This document shows positions 8,674-10,050 of a stretch of 10,050 bases of DNA, piece after piece. Source of the stretch: Azolla caroliniana (lineage: Eukaryota; Plantae; Polypodiophyta); NCBI GenBank assembly GCA_043228905.1, contig JBHGNT010001302.1, positions 1-10,050 of the forward strand, read 5' to 3'. The notes beneath the pieces were generated by a model. That model was not told the origin of the DNA. It saw nothing but the letters and a program-made list of their open reading frames with translations, and made no database searches. Every line of letters begins with the position of its first letter. Within the stretch, counting starts at the first letter, position 1. Position numbers and translations under genes: made by a program.

Positions 8674-9228
8674 CTATTTGCCTACATTGCCATCTTTAGG
8701 CACATCCTTAACCTTGTTTTTCAATCTTTCTTCATATGCTTTACGACGAGCATTTTGTTGTGAGATAGTGCGATCTTCACTCACAAAGCATTGTGTACCT
8801 TTGAGGTATACCCAACTATTTTCGAGTATGATCCGCCGCTTTGTATCATCTGTCATTGTGCATACAATAGGCCTTTCTCCGGAGCGAGTAACACCATGTT
8901 TCCCAACTCGGTGTGCCCCATATACATTCACATCTGACATCCCATAATGCATGCTAAAAAATTCACCAATGGCCTTTCCAAGGGATGCGGGTGTTTCAAT
9001 ACTCTCTTCTTTAATCCCACGGACAACAATGTTCTTTGATCGTCGTTCACGTTCTTTCAATTCTCGAACATCTATGTTTTCTATATTCTTCTCTTGATAC
9101 ATCACATGCATATTAGATGAGTTTGATAGCATATCCCCACCACATACATCGGCCCATGACTTCGTTGTACATACATTTTTCATCTCACTTACATCCCGCC
9201 TCATCCACTTACATCCCGCTTCATGCAT
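8674..9228 (-). CDS. LINE ORF1 (coiled-coil remnant, RRM, CTD; Transposase_22/L1 ORF1p-like), probably N-terminally truncated
   Basis: RERRSKNIVVRGIKE, AHRVG, RPIVC and VSEDRT...RR motifs characteristic of L1/CR1/L2/RTE-X-type ORF1p. Lies directly upstream of ORF2. Confidence 0.85.
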   Translation of the reverse strand: MHEAGCKWMRRDVSEMKNVCTTKSWADVCGGDMLSNSSNMHVMYQEKNIENIDVRELKERERRSKNIVVRGIKEESIETPASLGKAIGEFFSMHYGMSDVNVYGAHRVGKHGVTRSGERPIVCTMTDDTKRRIILENSWVYLKGTQCFVSEDRTISQQNARRKAYEERLKNKVKDVPKDGNVGK

Positions 9229-9230
9229 AT

Positions 9231-9232
<2 letters not shown>

Positions 9233-9262
<30 letters not shown>
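9233..9262. repeat. (GA)15 microsatellite, 5' flank of LINE
   Basis: Perfect GA run read directly. Confidence 0.99.
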
Positions 9263-9267
<5 letters not shown>

Positions 9268-9464
9268 AGATACGCGAAGCGAGAAGGAGAGATATAGAAC
9301 GTAACACTTGATTTCAATAACAAGAGATTACAACGACAAGAGAATACAAGGGGGTTACAAGAGAATACGACTCTTACGGTTACAACCGACGAGGCGGCGA
9401 TGGACCCGACACAAGGATCCTACTCACACACATAGACAGCGAGTCGACTCCTAGAAAAAACAAA

Positions 9465-9478
9465 GGGGGGGGGGGGGG
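9465..9478. repeat. G14 homopolymer inside LTR B
   Basis: Read directly. Confidence 0.9.
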
Positions 9479-9643
9479 AGAGCCTCTGTTGGAAGCGCAC
9501 GGGTTGTCCACAAATTAGAGGCAGCGAGCTCCCGACCCACAAAGACCGACGGCCGGAGGAGAAGAGAGAGCTCGACACTCAGATTTGTAGCAACACTTCG
9601 TCCTCCCTAGCGCGCGATACCTGCTCCTTCCTCCTCTCCCTCC

Positions 9644-9650
9644 TTAAATA
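9644..9650 (-). promoter_or_regulatory. Putative TATA box of element B LTR
   Basis: Minus strand CTATTTAAGG followed by a purine-rich run, in a typical LTR U3 position. Confidence 0.55.
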
Positions 9651-9873
9651 GTTCCCCAAAAGGGGGTGCCCCCCCTTTTCCTTAGCCAAACTGCTTTATT
9701 CCCTGTCCCTGTCGATAGAGATACGCACAAAATCCCCTAATAAATGTGCACTACCTAGTATTTACACCAGTCGCCCTAATTACGAATATATCAATCCTCG
9801 CATCCACCCGTGTAAGAGCAAGTTCATGCGCCTTTTTCTTCGATTCCGCCTATGGCCGGTTTTCTTCACGACA

Positions 9874-10050
9874 CCGGTCCGCCCACAACGTGTAAGGTAT
9901 GGCGCCATGGTCAATTCTTGACCTGCCCTTCACACGCTCGCACCAACGCCTTCACGATTGGGCCATACCCTCGTTCTACCTTCCCGTTCGCCTTTGGGTT
10001 GTATGCCGTAGTGAGGGAGAGGTTGACCCCTAACCGGTTGAACAGTTCTT
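9874..10050 (-). pseudogene. Degraded Ty3/gypsy integrase core fragment (element 'C')
   Basis: ELFNRLGVNLSLTTAYNPKANGKVERGYGPIVKALVRACEGQVKN*P, then after a frameshift PYTLWADR. Contains the rve motif with the catalytic E (NGKVER). Stop at 9913-9911 and cut by LTR B at 9873. Confidence 0.88.

Larger units (their letters stand above)
5225..9231 (-). mobile_element. Non-LTR retrotransposon (LINE), APE-RT type, RTE-X-like, probably 5'-truncated
   Basis: ORF1 (Transposase_22/L1-RRM-like), ORF2 (APE, RT, C-terminal CCHC), short 3' UTR and tandem-repeat tail, flanked by (GA)n on both sides. The clade call rests on the RLSSHxLxxETGR plus C-x2-C..E.E.H....C terminus and is tentative. Confidence 0.93.
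4562..9873 (-). mobile_element. Ty3/gypsy-like LTR retrotransposon 'B' (GC-rich): 5' LTR, PBS and gag start, interrupted by the LINE and by element A
   Basis: LTR termini TGTCG (9873) ... CGACA (5103), tRNA-Trp PBS and gag-like ORF. The outer end falls exactly at the break in the element C integrase. Confidence 0.85.
9232..9873 (-). repeat. 5' (U3/R) segment of element B 5' LTR
   Basis: Noncoding. Begins TGTCGTG on the minus strand at 9873 (inverted repeat of CGCGACA at 5103) and contains a TATA-like box and TTGTA-rich motifs. Predicted TSD is CCGGT (9874-9878). Confidence 0.8.

Noticed and set aside
516-8947. Remaining short track ORFs (60-135 aa) on the plus strand or in alternative minus frames
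   Set aside because: All overlap the true gag-pol or LINE frames and have no recognisable motifs.
9455-9482. A/G-rich run with G14 resembling a polypurine tract
   Set aside because: It is on the wrong strand for these elements, lies inside LTR B, and is not directly followed by an LTR TG start.
1-10050. Prokaryotic RT systems (retron, DGR, group II intron) or CRISPR array
   Set aside because: Both RTs have eukaryotic retrotransposon domain contexts, and there is no repeat-spacer array or template/variable repeat pair.

Overview
Eukaryotic repeat DNA, most likely from a plant (seedless plant or fern-like host is my inference from the PBS and element types), with no host genes. The window is a four-element nest of retrotransposons, all on the minus strand. 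(C) A degraded Ty3/gypsy integrase fragment (9874-10050) is cut by element B. (B) A GC-rich Ty3/gypsy element has a 5' LTR at 9873->5103, a tRNA-Trp PBS and a gag. (A) A younger Ty3/gypsy element is inserted in B's gag, with a ~122-bp LTR, a tRNA-Arg PBS and an uninterrupted 1460-codon gag-PR-RT-RNaseH-(INT) frame (4380->1) that the ORF track missed because it runs off the window. (L) A near-complete APE-type LINE, RTE-X-like (5225-9231), is inserted in the (GA/TC)n microsatellite of B's LTR. Most notable in the LINE: it is flanked on both sides by (TC)n and ends in a (TCTA)n tail behind a stem-loop. Its ORF1 and ORF2 are in the same frame, separated by a single UAG in an AAA-UAG-GGA context, with no AUG for ORF2. 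Most notable in element A: Gag has three CCHC knuckles split by a ~220-aa Q/N/P/F-rich region, and the integrase appears to carry an in-frame deletion.
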